In this document: one piece after another, positions 35,633 to 46,878 of the stretch
Layout of the letters: each line of letters begins with the position of its first letter
Position numbering within the stretch: the first letter of the stretch is position 1
NCBI RefSeq assembly: GCF_018350175.1
Contig: NC_058382.1
Location: 58,840,001 to 58,904,000, forward strand
Reading direction: 5' to 3'
Length of the DNA: 64,000 bases
Source: Felis catus
Taxonomy: Eukaryota
Translations under genes and position numbers: made by a program
Notes under the pieces: generated by a model
What the model was told of the DNA's origin: nothing
Database searches by the model: none
The model's input: only the letters and a program-made list of their open reading frames with translations

Positions 35633-35685
35633 AGTTTTCTGCTATTTTTAAAGTGCCAGCCAGACTGTCATCTACCTGAGAACAG

Positions 35686-36215
35686 TGTGGTGATTTTCAA
35701 ATACCTCTGTATGCTCTCTGACACTCCCCCTTTTAAGAGACGGGAGTAAATTCCTCTCTCCTTGAGTGTAGCCCAGATTCAGTGACTCACATGTAACAAA
35801 CGGAATAAACGGAAGAGGCAAAAGTGATTTTGTGACCTCAGAGGCCCGGTCGCCAAGGGCAGTGTGGCTCCCACTCACGTGTCCAGTCACCCACCCTGGG
35901 GGACGCCAGCTGCACAGTGGAAGGACGCTCAGGGGCCCCTCCACGGGGCAGAGGCTGAGTCCTCCTGTCGAAGGCCACACGAGGATCCACTGTGGAAGCA
36001 GCTCCCCCGGCCCCAGCCGAGCCTTCGGATGAGACCGCAGCCCCTGCTGATGTTCCAAGTGGACCCCTGCATGCCCATGAAACCCCATGGGCACCAGCAC
36101 CACTCAGCTAAGCTGATCGTAGGCTTCTGACCCTCAGAGACTATGGCATAATAAATGTATGTTGGTCTAAGCCACCAGCTTTGAGGTCATTTGTTACCGA
36201 TGCAGCCAGAAATAC
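35686..36215 (+). mobile_element. MLT1F-like solo LTR
   Basis: TGTGGT...CTGACACTCCCCC...CCTTGAGTGT...AGTGACTCAC...CTTCTGACCCTCAGAGACTATGGCATAATAAATG...TAAGCCAC...TTTGAGGTCATTTGTTAC. Confidence 0.85.
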
Positions 36216-36828
36216 TGTTTTCCTCACTGCTGACCTGCCGGCAATGAGGACAGTGCCTGGCACACAGTGGGCATCTGTGGGATGAATGGGTACACGAGTT
36301 AAACAATACCGAGAACAAGCACTGTCTCAGACTATCGTATGAGACACCACTTGCTGTGGGCCTATCCCGTGCAGGCATTTACCCACATGAGCTCATCCGG
36401 CTTTGCCAACAAGCCCTGAGATCTGTAGCTCCTGTCAGACTGGGTTTATGGTTGTGGTGCCTGAGGCCTCTGTCCACAGCCCTCCCGTGCCTGTGCAGGC
36501 CCCTCTCCCAGCTTGAGGATGGGGCCTCGGAACAGGCCTCCATTACCTCTAGAGTCTCCATTCTTGAGACATGTCTTCTGTATGGCAGAATCATGGTTGG
36601 CGCTTACTGACTGAATCTGAAGATGGAAATGTGATAGAAGGAAGAAGTGAAACACAGAGATGGAAGTCAGCTTTCCAGAGGACACCGGGCACGAAGGTCA
36701 CATGACTCACGTACAAACCATGGGCTGGCAGTGACCAAAGCAGACTGAGCTTGTGGATGAGGGATGATGGCTCTCACTGTTGGGAAATCCCAATTTTTGT
36801 AATCATCACTATCTGATTTTGTTTTACC

Positions 36829-36885
36829 TTTTTTTTAGTGTTTATTTACTTATCTTGAGAGAGGGCATGCATGTGAACAGGGGAG

Positions 36886-36920
<35 letters not shown>

Positions 36921-37069
36921 CAGAGAGAGAGGGAGAGAAAGAGAATCCCAAGAAGGCGCAATGATGTCTGCACAGAACCCGACACGGGGCTTGACCCACG
37001 AACTGTGAAATCATGACGTGAGCGGAAATCAAGAGTCGATGCTTAACAGGCTGAGCCCCCAGGCGCCCC
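36829..37069 (-). mobile_element. Feline Can-SINE (SINEC_Fc2-like)
   Basis: T-rich tail, (GA)n tract, GAATCCCAAG, ACTGTGAAATCATGAC, GAAATCAAGAGTC, AGGCGCCCC. TSD not resolved. Confidence 0.9.
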
Positions 37070-37266
37070 TCATTTTACTGTTTAAACTGATTGCTAATAT
37101 GGTTTTAGTTTGAAAAGATTAGAAACTATGAAAGATCCCCAAATTTCGAGAAGAAATCGACTGCATGTACTTGGTACAGACTCCTCCAGTCATACGTGAC
37201 ATATAACGCCTTTACTCAACGAGAACGCGCATCGTTATACCGCGTGCGTACCACACGTTGCAACGC

Positions 37267-37452
37267 AGGGCGTCTCAGCCTCGGCACCACTGGCGTGGAC
37301 TGACCTGCTGGGAGCGGCTGCCCTGGGCACTGTAGGGCATCTGGGGCACGCTCTGCCCACACACGCCAGCAGCACAGCCAAGTTACAACAACCAAACGTG
37401 TCCCGATATTGTCGAACGTCCTCCGACATCTCACCCCAGCTGAGAGTGGCTG
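37267..37452. mobile_element. MER20-like hAT MITE
   Basis: TCTCAGCCTCGGCACCACTG...GGCTGCCCTGGGCACTGTAGG...GCCAGCAGCAC...AGTTACAACAACCAAACGTGTCCCGATATTG...CCCCAGCTGAGA. Confidence 0.7.
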
Positions 37453-38379
37453 ATCTACGGTAACCTGCCTCTTTCACTTACTCATACGCATTAAACATGG
37501 TTTCCGGCCGTCAGCTTTTTTCTAACGTAAGACTTCACAGTAGATGGCTGGACTGCGTCTCGTCAGTGGGTTATTCACCAGAACTCTCCGCGGGCATTCA
37601 CGCAGTTTCCAGTTTTATCCGGTTAGCTTTCGAAGCCGGAGCGCATACCGCTTGCACTCGCCTCCGCTGTGGAATATCAACCTCAGCGCCGTGTTTGGTC
37701 CAAAAAATATTTTCTTCCTTTGTACTGCAGACAGTGCCGCGGGAAGTCGGGTGGGCTGTGGCTTCTGTAAGGAACTTGCCGGCAGGAGGAACTGCTTTCA
37801 AAGACTTGGCAAGCGTGGCCTTCACCTTGCTGTGCGTTTCCTGTGGCGAGCGGGGGCCCTGAGATGCTGAACAATAGACCCTGCTAATAGGCCTCGGTGG
37901 CATGACCTCTTCCCTCGCTGCTGGAAATCACTACAAAAAAGCTCAACTCGGCGTTCTCCACCAAATTGTTCAGAACTAATTTAAAACTTCCGATGAAGCC
38001 AGTGTGTTAAAACGGCAGCTTCAGGTTGTCCTTATTTCCTCTGGATAATTAAGGGACCCCTGAAAGACCTGGCCAGGATATTGGATGAAATGCCTCAAAC
38101 AGGGCTTCTTGGGGGTGTGGTGGAGAGGCGACTGGACTGGGGGGGTCCCGCTGTGTGGACGTCAAACACTCACAGAAGCTGCACAGGCCTCGGGCCCCTC
38201 GTCTATGAAATGGGAATGACAACTCCTCCGTCGCCTGACTCACAGGGATACGGGGACGATGGAGAGAGCGCTCTATGGAAGGTCCTTCGGAGACCGTCCC
38301 ACCTTACAGACGGGAGCACACACAACCAGTAGGGTTATGTCAAGGAGAAGGCTCTACTGAGCACGAAGCTGTATCCTCA

Positions 38380-39010
38380 GTCAGATACCATTTTGCTCAG
38401 AATTCAGGGCAGGTTAGAGAATTCACCCTTAGAAGCCAGATAATAGCAGGTATTGGTGAGGATGCGGTGAAAAGGAAGCCTTCGCACACTACTGGCGGGA
38501 ATGTAAACGAGGCAGCCGCTGGAGAACCATCTACAATTAAATGTAGAGTCGCCATAGGACCCAGCACCTGCACGCTGAAGTATACGCCCACAAGAATTGA
38601 AAACATATGCCCCCCCCACACACACGTGTACACGAGCTACCGTGGCAGCGTTATTCACAAAAACCAAAAAGTGGAAACAAGTCAAATGTCCGCCAACAGA
38701 GGGAAGATAAACAAAATGTGGTCGATCCACATGGTGCAATATTATTCGGCCATAAAAAGAGATTACTCTTAGCCTCCGATTTGGGCTACAACATGAACCC
38801 CCCAAATGCGAGGCTGAGTGAGGGAAGCCAGACACAAAGGGCCACATGAGGTGTGACCCCATTCATAGGAAACATCCAGAAGGGGGGCAAATCCATGGAG
38901 GCAGACCAGTGGTCACCAGGGGGGCCAGGATTTCCTTTTGAGGTGAGGAAGTGTTCGAAAATTGACTGTGAGGACAGCTGCACATAATCAGCAATGATGA
39001 AGAAACAGTG
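38380..39010 (+). mobile_element. Old L1M (L1MB-like) ORF2 end and 3' UTR
   Basis: GTATTGGTGAGGATGCGG...GGGAATGTAAA...GAATTGAAAACATATG...AAAAAGTGGAAACAA...ATAAACAAAATGTGGT...GCCATAAAAAG...GAAGCCAGACACAAAGGGCCACAT. Confidence 0.85.
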
Positions 39011-39245
39011 CGTGTGGGTTGTGACACACAAAGTAACGTATTTTTATTTTTGACTTTTGGGTCAAGTGGTGATGATAACACTGTATGTTTTTGTATATGA
39101 TTCATCTTGGTATCCCCTGTTCCTAGCATGGCGGGCAACACGCAGTAGATGCTCAGAAAATGAAGACTGGTGGATAAGAGAATGGACGAGTGGATGGGCA
39201 GATGAAGGAGATCCTGCTGTATCTGCCTTATTTAATCTGCCTTAT

Positions 39246-39335
39246 ACGCACCCGTATCAGTGGTAATTTAACGGTAACGCACCCGTATCAGTGGTAATTT
39301 AACAGTAACGTACCCGTATCAGTGGTAATATAACA
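39246..39335. repeat. 31-bp tandem repeat, about 3 copies
   Basis: ACG(C/T)ACCCGTATCAGTGGTAAT(T/A)TAAC(G/A)GTA repeated about three times. Confidence 0.93.
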
Positions 39336-39613
39336 CTGACATTTCCATTCCCTTTCTTCACGAAATGGGATTCCATTTAGAATCTTTATTTTGTCCTTTT
39401 TTAGCTCATGAATTTACCCGAAAGTCATTAATAAGATGAGCAATACTTATTTATATTTTTATGTATTTTATTCATTCATTCATTTTTTTTTTGCTTTCAT
39501 TCATTCACCCTTTCATAAAGCATTTATTACATGCTAGAGTGCTTCACCTGTACTAAGACATATAAACCACACTCAGAAATTTCTTTAGGTAGGTTTTATA
39601 TTATTCCCATTTT

Positions 39614-39833
39614 TTTTTAATTTTTTTTAACGTTTTTATTTATTTTTGAGACAGAGAGAGACAGAGCATGAGCAGGGGAGGGGCAGAGAGAGAGGGAGAC
39701 ACAGAATCCGAAGCAGGCTCCAGGCTCTGAGCCGTCAGCACAGAGCCTGACGCGGGGCTCAAACTCACAGACCGCGAGATCATGACCTGAGCCGAAGTCG
39801 GACGCTCAACCGACTGAGCCACCCAGCCGCCCC
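39614..39833 (-). mobile_element. Feline Can-SINE (SINEC_Fc) with 17-bp TSD, inserted in a MIR
   Basis: TSD TATATTATTCCCATTTT at 39597-39613 and 39834-39850; the MIR core CCCATTTTACAGATGGAGAAACTGAG resumes after it. Confidence 0.96.
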
Positions 39834-40220
39834 TATATTATTCCCATTTTACAGATGGAGAAACTGAGCACCTAACTTGCTCCAGAGTTGTAGCTGCATG
39901 AGTCTGAAATGGCGTGTATGAAAGGTGACTCATTGTAGCCCTGTTAATAATAGCAAAAGATTAGAGCCAAATGTCCCATAAGTGGGCGCTGTTTAAATAA
40001 GTTGTGGTACATGCTTTGAAGGCAATATAATTTAGCTGCTGAAAAAGAACGAGGCAAATATTTACATATCAATGTGGAAACCTCTCCAAGATCTATTAAC
40101 TGCAAAAATAACAACACGGGGAACAGCATCTTTTCTTGTGTATGTTTGGATTCTCTCTGGAAGGATACCCAGGAAAATGGTAAATGTGGGGACCTTCTAG
40201 AAGAAGACCCGGAGGCTGGG

Positions 40221-40520
40221 TGCATCAGTCAGGGGAGGCTAGGGTATGCTGCAGTAACAAACAGCCCCAAGTCTAAGTGCCGTAAGTAACAGAGGTGTGG
40301 TTTTCACCCATGCGAGATCATCACGGGACAACGTAGGGGTTCTCTGCTCATACAGGACTCGGGGATTGAGGCTGATGGGTTGCCACGATCTCAAACGTTG
40401 TCGGCCACCAGACCAGAGACAGCCCTGCAGGTCTTGAGCGGACAACGAACCACTCCAGCCTGGAAATAACATATGTCCCTTGTGCTCACAAGCCCTTGGT
40501 CAGCACGTGTTACACGATCC
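40221..40520 (-). mobile_element. MLT1K/L-like LTR
   Basis: TGCATCAGTCAGGGGAGGCTAGGGTATGCTGCAGTAACAAACAGCCCCAA is a characteristic old MLT1 antisense end. Confidence 0.7.
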
Positions 40521-43500
40521 CCTCAGGCACGGGGGTGGGGGCAGGAAATGTAAATTGGCGGGTCCCCAAAAGAGGGGAGCTGTGGAACAGCATTAATGAC
40601 TACCGCCCTGGGGACAGACACTGGAGGGAGAATCAAGTGCATCCGGAGACCCTTTGAAGCACTGGGACATTTTGCCACGGCATAAGTTCCAGGTAGAGAC
40701 CACCAACCCCACCAGGTGAGAGGCGGGAGAATCTCTACAGGCGGCGGGGACCCGGGAAAGCACCACCTGACTTCCAACGTGCACGTAAGGAGCACCTACT
40801 GTGTCCGGGGCATGCTCTGCGATGGAAATGTGCAGTGATGTAGGACCTGGTCCTTTCCTTGCGGGGTTCACGGTCGACCAGAGCCAAGAGAAGTCTGCCG
40901 GAAGCCAGACACCTGAGTGCAAATCCCACCTTTCCCCGGGTGTGCTCCAACACCTGCCGCAGGAGGTTACGGAGAGGATCCTGCACGCCAAAGCCACCAA
41001 GGGTCTGAACAAACATGGACAGAATTGGAACCCGTCGGCCCCGAGAGACGCCTCCCATGGAGACACGCGGGGCACGTCTCCACTGTGCCCTGACCTGTTC
41101 ACAGTGTCACAAGGAGATTCGGTCTGGGAGACGATGCAGTCTTCTTTTTCTCCTTCCCTCGGTTTCCTTCTTCTGCTGCGGACCAGCTCTCTTGGGGTCA
41201 CCAGGCCATGCCATGTCCCATTTGGTCAGGGACCTCCCCACTCCACAAACCCACACAAACCGTATCAGAAGGTGTTGGTGGGGAGGGATCTGCTTAGCAG
41301 CTCATCCAAACGTTGGATGCTGTAATTCAGTTCGGATGGGGGCATCTGAGGGCTGCAGAGGGGGAGGGGGAGGGGGGGGGATGTCAGAGTCCTGGGATTA
41401 TCAGGATTTGGATTAGCAGGCAATTTCCTGAGTTCCCCGACTTCATCCATGAGGTCAGAGAGGTCCGTTCCGAATGGAACCCATTAATCTCCTTGTTGTT
41501 AGCGAGGAAACGTTGGAAGGTGCAGGTGTTAACAGTCTCGGTGTTATTTTTGGGAGAATGTGAACCGAACACTCACAGGAAGTGTACTATTCCCTTGCCA
41601 GCATCCTGGCGTATTATTTTAGGCAGCAGAACTGAGGCTCGCGAGCAGAAGCCGGCTTTCAACACACCTTTAAGGCGAGAAGGGTCCTTCACAGGCAAGG
41701 ATTCCGCTACAAAGTTTGGGGAAATTCAAACAATCCACGTATTCTCCGACGATGCTTGAGAAGGCCACCCGCAGGCCCCCCAGGGGAGAAACACCCACGC
41801 TCTTGGCCAGGAGCCCCATCCGACTCTGCGGAATACAGGGACCGATCCCGGTCGCACGGAATACGCGGGCTGGCAGGAACACCACCAGCCAGCAGACACG
41901 GACAAGTCAGCGCGGCAGGGACACGTTGGCCTGTAAGGGTTGTTTGCCAAACTGGAGGGGCTTCTTAACACGCAGGTAAGGAATTCTAAATTGCACACAC
42001 ACGCACACACACACTCAGTGTGCTCAGTTGTCCTGAAGCGGCTCTGTTGGGGATGAAACGGGATTTTCTCTTTTGGCCCCTTACTGCACAGCAGTTTCGA
42101 GGAAATGCAAAAAAGGAAAGAAAACCCATGGCCACAGTGTCACAGGCGTTACAATTCCTCGTCCCGTTTCTCAACCTCTCCGGCCTCAGTTTCTCCACCT
42201 GTAAAGCGAGGGCGGGCGCGACGAGGACAATGGTGGCCACCCAATACGGTTGCCACGATGAGTCCGCGGAAGTTCAGGCCTTCTTCCCCCCGGGTCCTCG
42301 CACAACAGAAGGCACGAAGACGCTGTCTGGGGTCTCCTCCATCGGGGCACTGGTTCCGTTCACGAGGGCGTCCCCCTGGCGACCTCCTCACCTCCCACAG
42401 GGCCACCTGCAGACACCGTTACCCCAGACGGTAGGTTTCCACACGCGGGTTTGGAGCGGGGCGGACACAGTCTACGGCGATGCTGGCAGTGACGCTGAGG
42501 GCCTTAGGTGCTTACGTGTGTAACACGCGCCAACACTAGCATCTAGGAAGACACGCTGGGGAGGGGTTTGCAGGAAGCACGTGTGCGGATGAACCGAGCC
42601 TGATGCGAATCAGTTAGCGGCCGACCAGCAAGCCCCACTGAAAGATTACGATCTCTCTCGAGCCTGACTAGGATCCGGGAGCAGCTGGTGACAGGGAGGG
42701 TCTGTGGTCCTTTCCAAGGACGTGGGTCCCCTCCGTGAGGAACACGGGCTCCATGACGTCTGTGTCTCTGGGAGCGGAAGGTCCGCAGCACGTTCCCCAG
42801 GGCAAGAACCCACGCGCGTCAGAGGACCGTCCGTGCTGGGACCTGCCCGTTCCATCGGTGACGGGCGAGACACCCGCGGACGCCATCGTGTTTCCCAGAT
42901 TAGGAAACGGCTTCGAGAGAGGCTATGTGGCTCCGCCAAGGCCACTGGGGGTCAGTGGCAGGGCCGGAGTTTGGACCCGTGCACAGGAACCTCACCGCGA
43001 GGCCCGTGCGGTGGAGTTCAGTCACACCCTTGACACACAAGGGATGCGTGTGTCACTTTTACTGTGTGTCGCAGCCGCCAGCCCCAGAGTGGCTATTCTC
43101 AATCCTCCCGCCCGGGAGTGTCAAGCCTTTGCTCACAAGACGTTTCTCTGGGCAGATAACAGCACGCAGATTCCTGGGCCCCGGGCCCCGCAGACGTGCT
43201 GACCTTGAAGGTCTGCGGTGCAGCCCGCACTGTGCATCGCCCCAAGCACCCGGGGGAGTGACCGCAGGACCCTTGCCCCTGAGAAATGCTGGCCTCCGCC
43301 GGTCCGCTGCCTTTGGTCCTCGGCCACGATCTGGATTTTCCACAACGGCAGGCAAAGAGAACCGAGTGTGGCCCTTTTGAGGCGTTTCGTGTCTCACGGC
43401 ACAAAAGGCAGAGGAAGGGACGTGGCTCGGGACTCAGCACACACGACGTCCGAGCCCGAAGCTCACTCTGGGCCTCGGTCCCCTCATCTGCGACGCGGGC

Positions 43501-44319
43501 ACAGAGTCCCCTGGGGGTCGGGATCCAGTGAGAGGCCACGTGTCCCCCCCAGTGATCTCACTCCTGAGCCCAGCAGCCGTGCCAGCGGAAACCCTCCCAG
43601 GGCGTGTGCTCAGTGCTCTCGGAGGGGCTAACTCAGCAGGCGGGGAACCTCGTCAGCCCCACCCACGCCCCCCGGAACACGCAGCCTCCCCCACGGAGGA
43701 GGCTCTGATTACCTCGCACACGGAGGCCAACGTAAGATAAAATTACCCGCGACTCAAGTCATAAATACTAACTTTCTCTTTTAACATTTTTACGATACTC
43801 CCTCCTTTCAGATGCAATAATTTACCCTAATGTGTTCCTCCCACTGGGTTTTCTACTCATCTGACATCTGTTTAAACGTCGGGGCAGCGGGACCAGAGTA
43901 AATCACATTACGCTGATTACACGTGTTTCACTCTACTGTGAGCTGCTGAGGCCACATCAGCCTCACGTGCCAGCACCACGGCCACAAACACCAAACTCTG
44001 CTCTGCCAATTATCTTGACGAACAGGATGTGAATCGTGAATTCCCACAAAACGGAAATGGACCAGAGCGCCATCGAGTTGGTCTGGCTGTGTTTTACGGA
44101 GTTGGAAGGGAACATCCTTGTCTCGTCCCCTTCAGCCGGGGAGCCATGAATCAGTGAGCAGTGCACCTGCCACCAAGCACTTAACGGGAGAATGCTGGGA
44201 CGACACAGAGACGGAGCTGCTACTTGTGTTCTAGGATCACAATGCAAGGGAACGTTCCCAGACAGAATTCTGCTGAAGTCTGAAATCACTTAAAGAGACA
44301 GGAGACGTTTCCCTTGGGG

Positions 44320-45235
44320 TTAGGTTCCACCGAATAGGACAAAACAAACAAACAAAAACTGTCCATGAGAAGTGGCTTAAACACACAATATTATATTCTT
44401 TTGCGTAAAAGAAGACGGGGGGGGGGGGGGTATTCCAGGGCTGGTGTGGTACTTCCGCAAACTTGACAGGGTTCCAGGCTCCTTTCAGCCTCCCTACACT
44501 GTGGCCCTCCTCCTCCTTATGGCTCAAGATGGCTGCTTGAGCTCCAGCCATCACATCCAAGTTTCTGAGAGAAGGATGGAAGAAGGAGAGAAGGCAGGCC
44601 ATGGCTTTCCCCTTTAAAGAATAGATTTTATTTTGGGGAAGTTTTAGATGTATAGAAAAATTAGGACTGTATCACAGAGAGTTCCCATATACCCCCCATC
44701 CAGTTTCCCCTATGCTTAACAGCTTACATTAGTGTCGTACGTTGGTTACAGTTAACGGACCAATATTAAAGTCCTCTAGACCCTAGGGTTGGAAAGGGTT
44801 TCTTTTCATTTATTTTGAGACAGAGAGACTGTATGTGGGAGGGGCAGAGAGAGGGAGAGAGAGAATCCCAAGCAAGCTCTGTACCGCCAGCACGGAGCCC
44901 GATGTGAGGCTCAAACTCATGAACTGTGAGATCATGACCTGAGCCGATATCAAGACTCAGATGCCTAACTGACTGAGCCCCCCAGGCGCCCTGGGGGGAG
45001 TTTTTAACCTACTATCCTTTGCCTGCTCTACGCTCCCATCCAGGCTCCCACACGACATCTGGTCGTCATGTCCCGTGAGGCTCCTCTTGGCTGTAAAGAC
45101 AGTCCATTCCCTCCCTTGTAAGAAGACTGCCCAGAGACATCACATGACACTTCCTCTGACTCCTCATTGGCCAGAACCTAGGCACAGGGCCGCACACAGC
45201 CGCAGGGGAGGCCGGAAGAGGGGTCTTTACCCCCA
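44320..45235 (-). mobile_element. Nested cluster: old MLT1 LTR interrupted by an L1MC-like 3' end (about 44617-45105), itself interrupted by a Can-SINE
   Basis: MLT1 motifs on both sides (AGTGGCTTAAA; CAAGATGGCTGC...GCTCCAGCCATCACATC; CATTGGCCAGAAC). L1MC-like GTTTTAGATGTATAGAAAAATT...ACAGAGAGTTCCCATATACCC...CAGTTTCCCCTAT lies between. Confidence 0.7.
44799..44991 (-). mobile_element. Feline Can-SINE (SINEC_Fc2-like)
   Basis: GAGAATCCCAAGCAAGCTC...GGAGCCCGATGTGAGGCTCAAACTCATGAACTGTGAGATCATGACCTGAGCCGA...CCCAGGCGCCC. Confidence 0.9.
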
Positions 45236-46878
45236 GTAACCACTGCCCAGACGAACGTGAAGGAAGAGGAGAGGTCAAGAACGGGCACCGGGGACAATCA
45301 GTGGTCCCTGCTACAGAAGGGGCTCTGGAGACCAGCCTGGCCGGCCTCCGCGGCAGCCCGACACGGTGCTAACGGCCTCATTTGGTGGCGCTGGCTGCCG
45401 TCCGGGAAAGTCGAGGGATCGCCCCAAGGTCACGCAGCCAGTCCAAAGTGCGTGCCTCCTTCTACTCCACCAGCCTCCCCCCACGGCCTCTTCTCCCCTC
45501 CTCGAGTTTACTCCTGAGTCAGTTCCAGCTGCTATCCTTCCCCGAGCCTCGGTTCAGAGGGTCCTCCAGGAGGGTGTCCCTCATCCCCGGCCCGGGGCCA
45601 GGCCCCCACCCCGTGACCCCTGGCTGGATCAGACGACCAGCAGATGAGCTCCTCCGGGAGCTTTCCTGAGCGCTCAGAGCACGGCAGTCACGCACAGGGC
45701 CCTCCCGCAATAGCACGCGGGATCCTCAAAGCCATCTCGTAAGGCGAGCAACTGTGTCTCTTCCAGCTCTAAACAGGAGGGAGCCGGAAGCTCCGGAGGT
45801 CCACTGGCCCAAGGCCACAGCCGGCACGCGATGGCGCTGGGATCCACGTCAGACCCGTCACGGGGGCGCCCTGGGCCGTGCTGGCCTGCCCAACGCTCAC
45901 GGGGCGGCACCCAGTCGTCGGGGTGCAAATGAGGGACGCGGGCTGGGCCACTGCGAGGCACACACCCGGACACCGCGCTCCAGAGGCAAGGCTCGCGGTT
46001 GGGGGCGGGGCCACGCTGTGCCCCCTCCAGCCTGGCTCTAGGGGTTGACCTCCCGGGCCCTCGTTGGCACATCTTGCAGCCTGCTCCAGGTCTGTGACCT
46101 CCCTAGTTTATCTTTCTGAATGCCTCTGCTGCTGAGTCAGGGAGACCTCGGGCCAAGAACCCTGAGGGATCGAACCAGACCCCTTGCTCCACACGCCATA
46201 CCCTCACGACCGTGGTCTGCACCGTGGGCAGCCTCGCGTGTGCCGCTGCCCAGGGACCTATCCGACCCGGGCAGGAACCGCAGCCGCCTCTCTGGGGCTC
46301 ATGGCAACACTGGTGGCCAGGCGAGGTGTCCATCTTGTCCCCATTCTCAAGGGGGGGGAGAACAGACTCAAAGGCGTTACGTCCGCCTCCTGAGGGTGTA
46401 TCCGTCAGTGTGGCCTGGCCACTGGAACAAATATCCCCGGACCGCAGGCGCTTAGCCCGACACAGACGCCCTCTCCACGGTCCAGGGCAGGAACGCGGGA
46501 TGGGTACCCGGCTCCACACAGTCGTTCCAGAACCCAGGACCCACTTTCTAGGGTCTGGCCATCTCCCACTAGATCTCAGCATCCAGTCAGTGCAAGGGAA
46601 GCGGGCCAGGCTAGATGGGGCACACAGCACTCCCCCCCCCACCCCGCCCGTGTCCACCGGCCCCCAGTCTCAGGGCCCCGCCTGGCTCCGGGCGGGAGGA
46701 AGTGAGAAACGCGGACGTGGTGAGCACTGGCGGATGCAGAGTCTCTAATGTGGATGCCGCAGGGGGAGGCCGGTGTGTCTGGAGGAGGGGAGAGGCAGGC
46801 CGCGGGGAGGGGGCGGAGGGAGGGGCCCTCGTGTGGGCATCAGAAGCCGCTGAAGGGAGTGACGAAGGCAGACTACCT

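Noticed and set aside
41716..41982. Strong splice donor-like CAG/GTAAGG at about 41973-41981
   Set aside because: No convincing upstream acceptor or recognisable coding frame; isolated donor motifs are common by chance.
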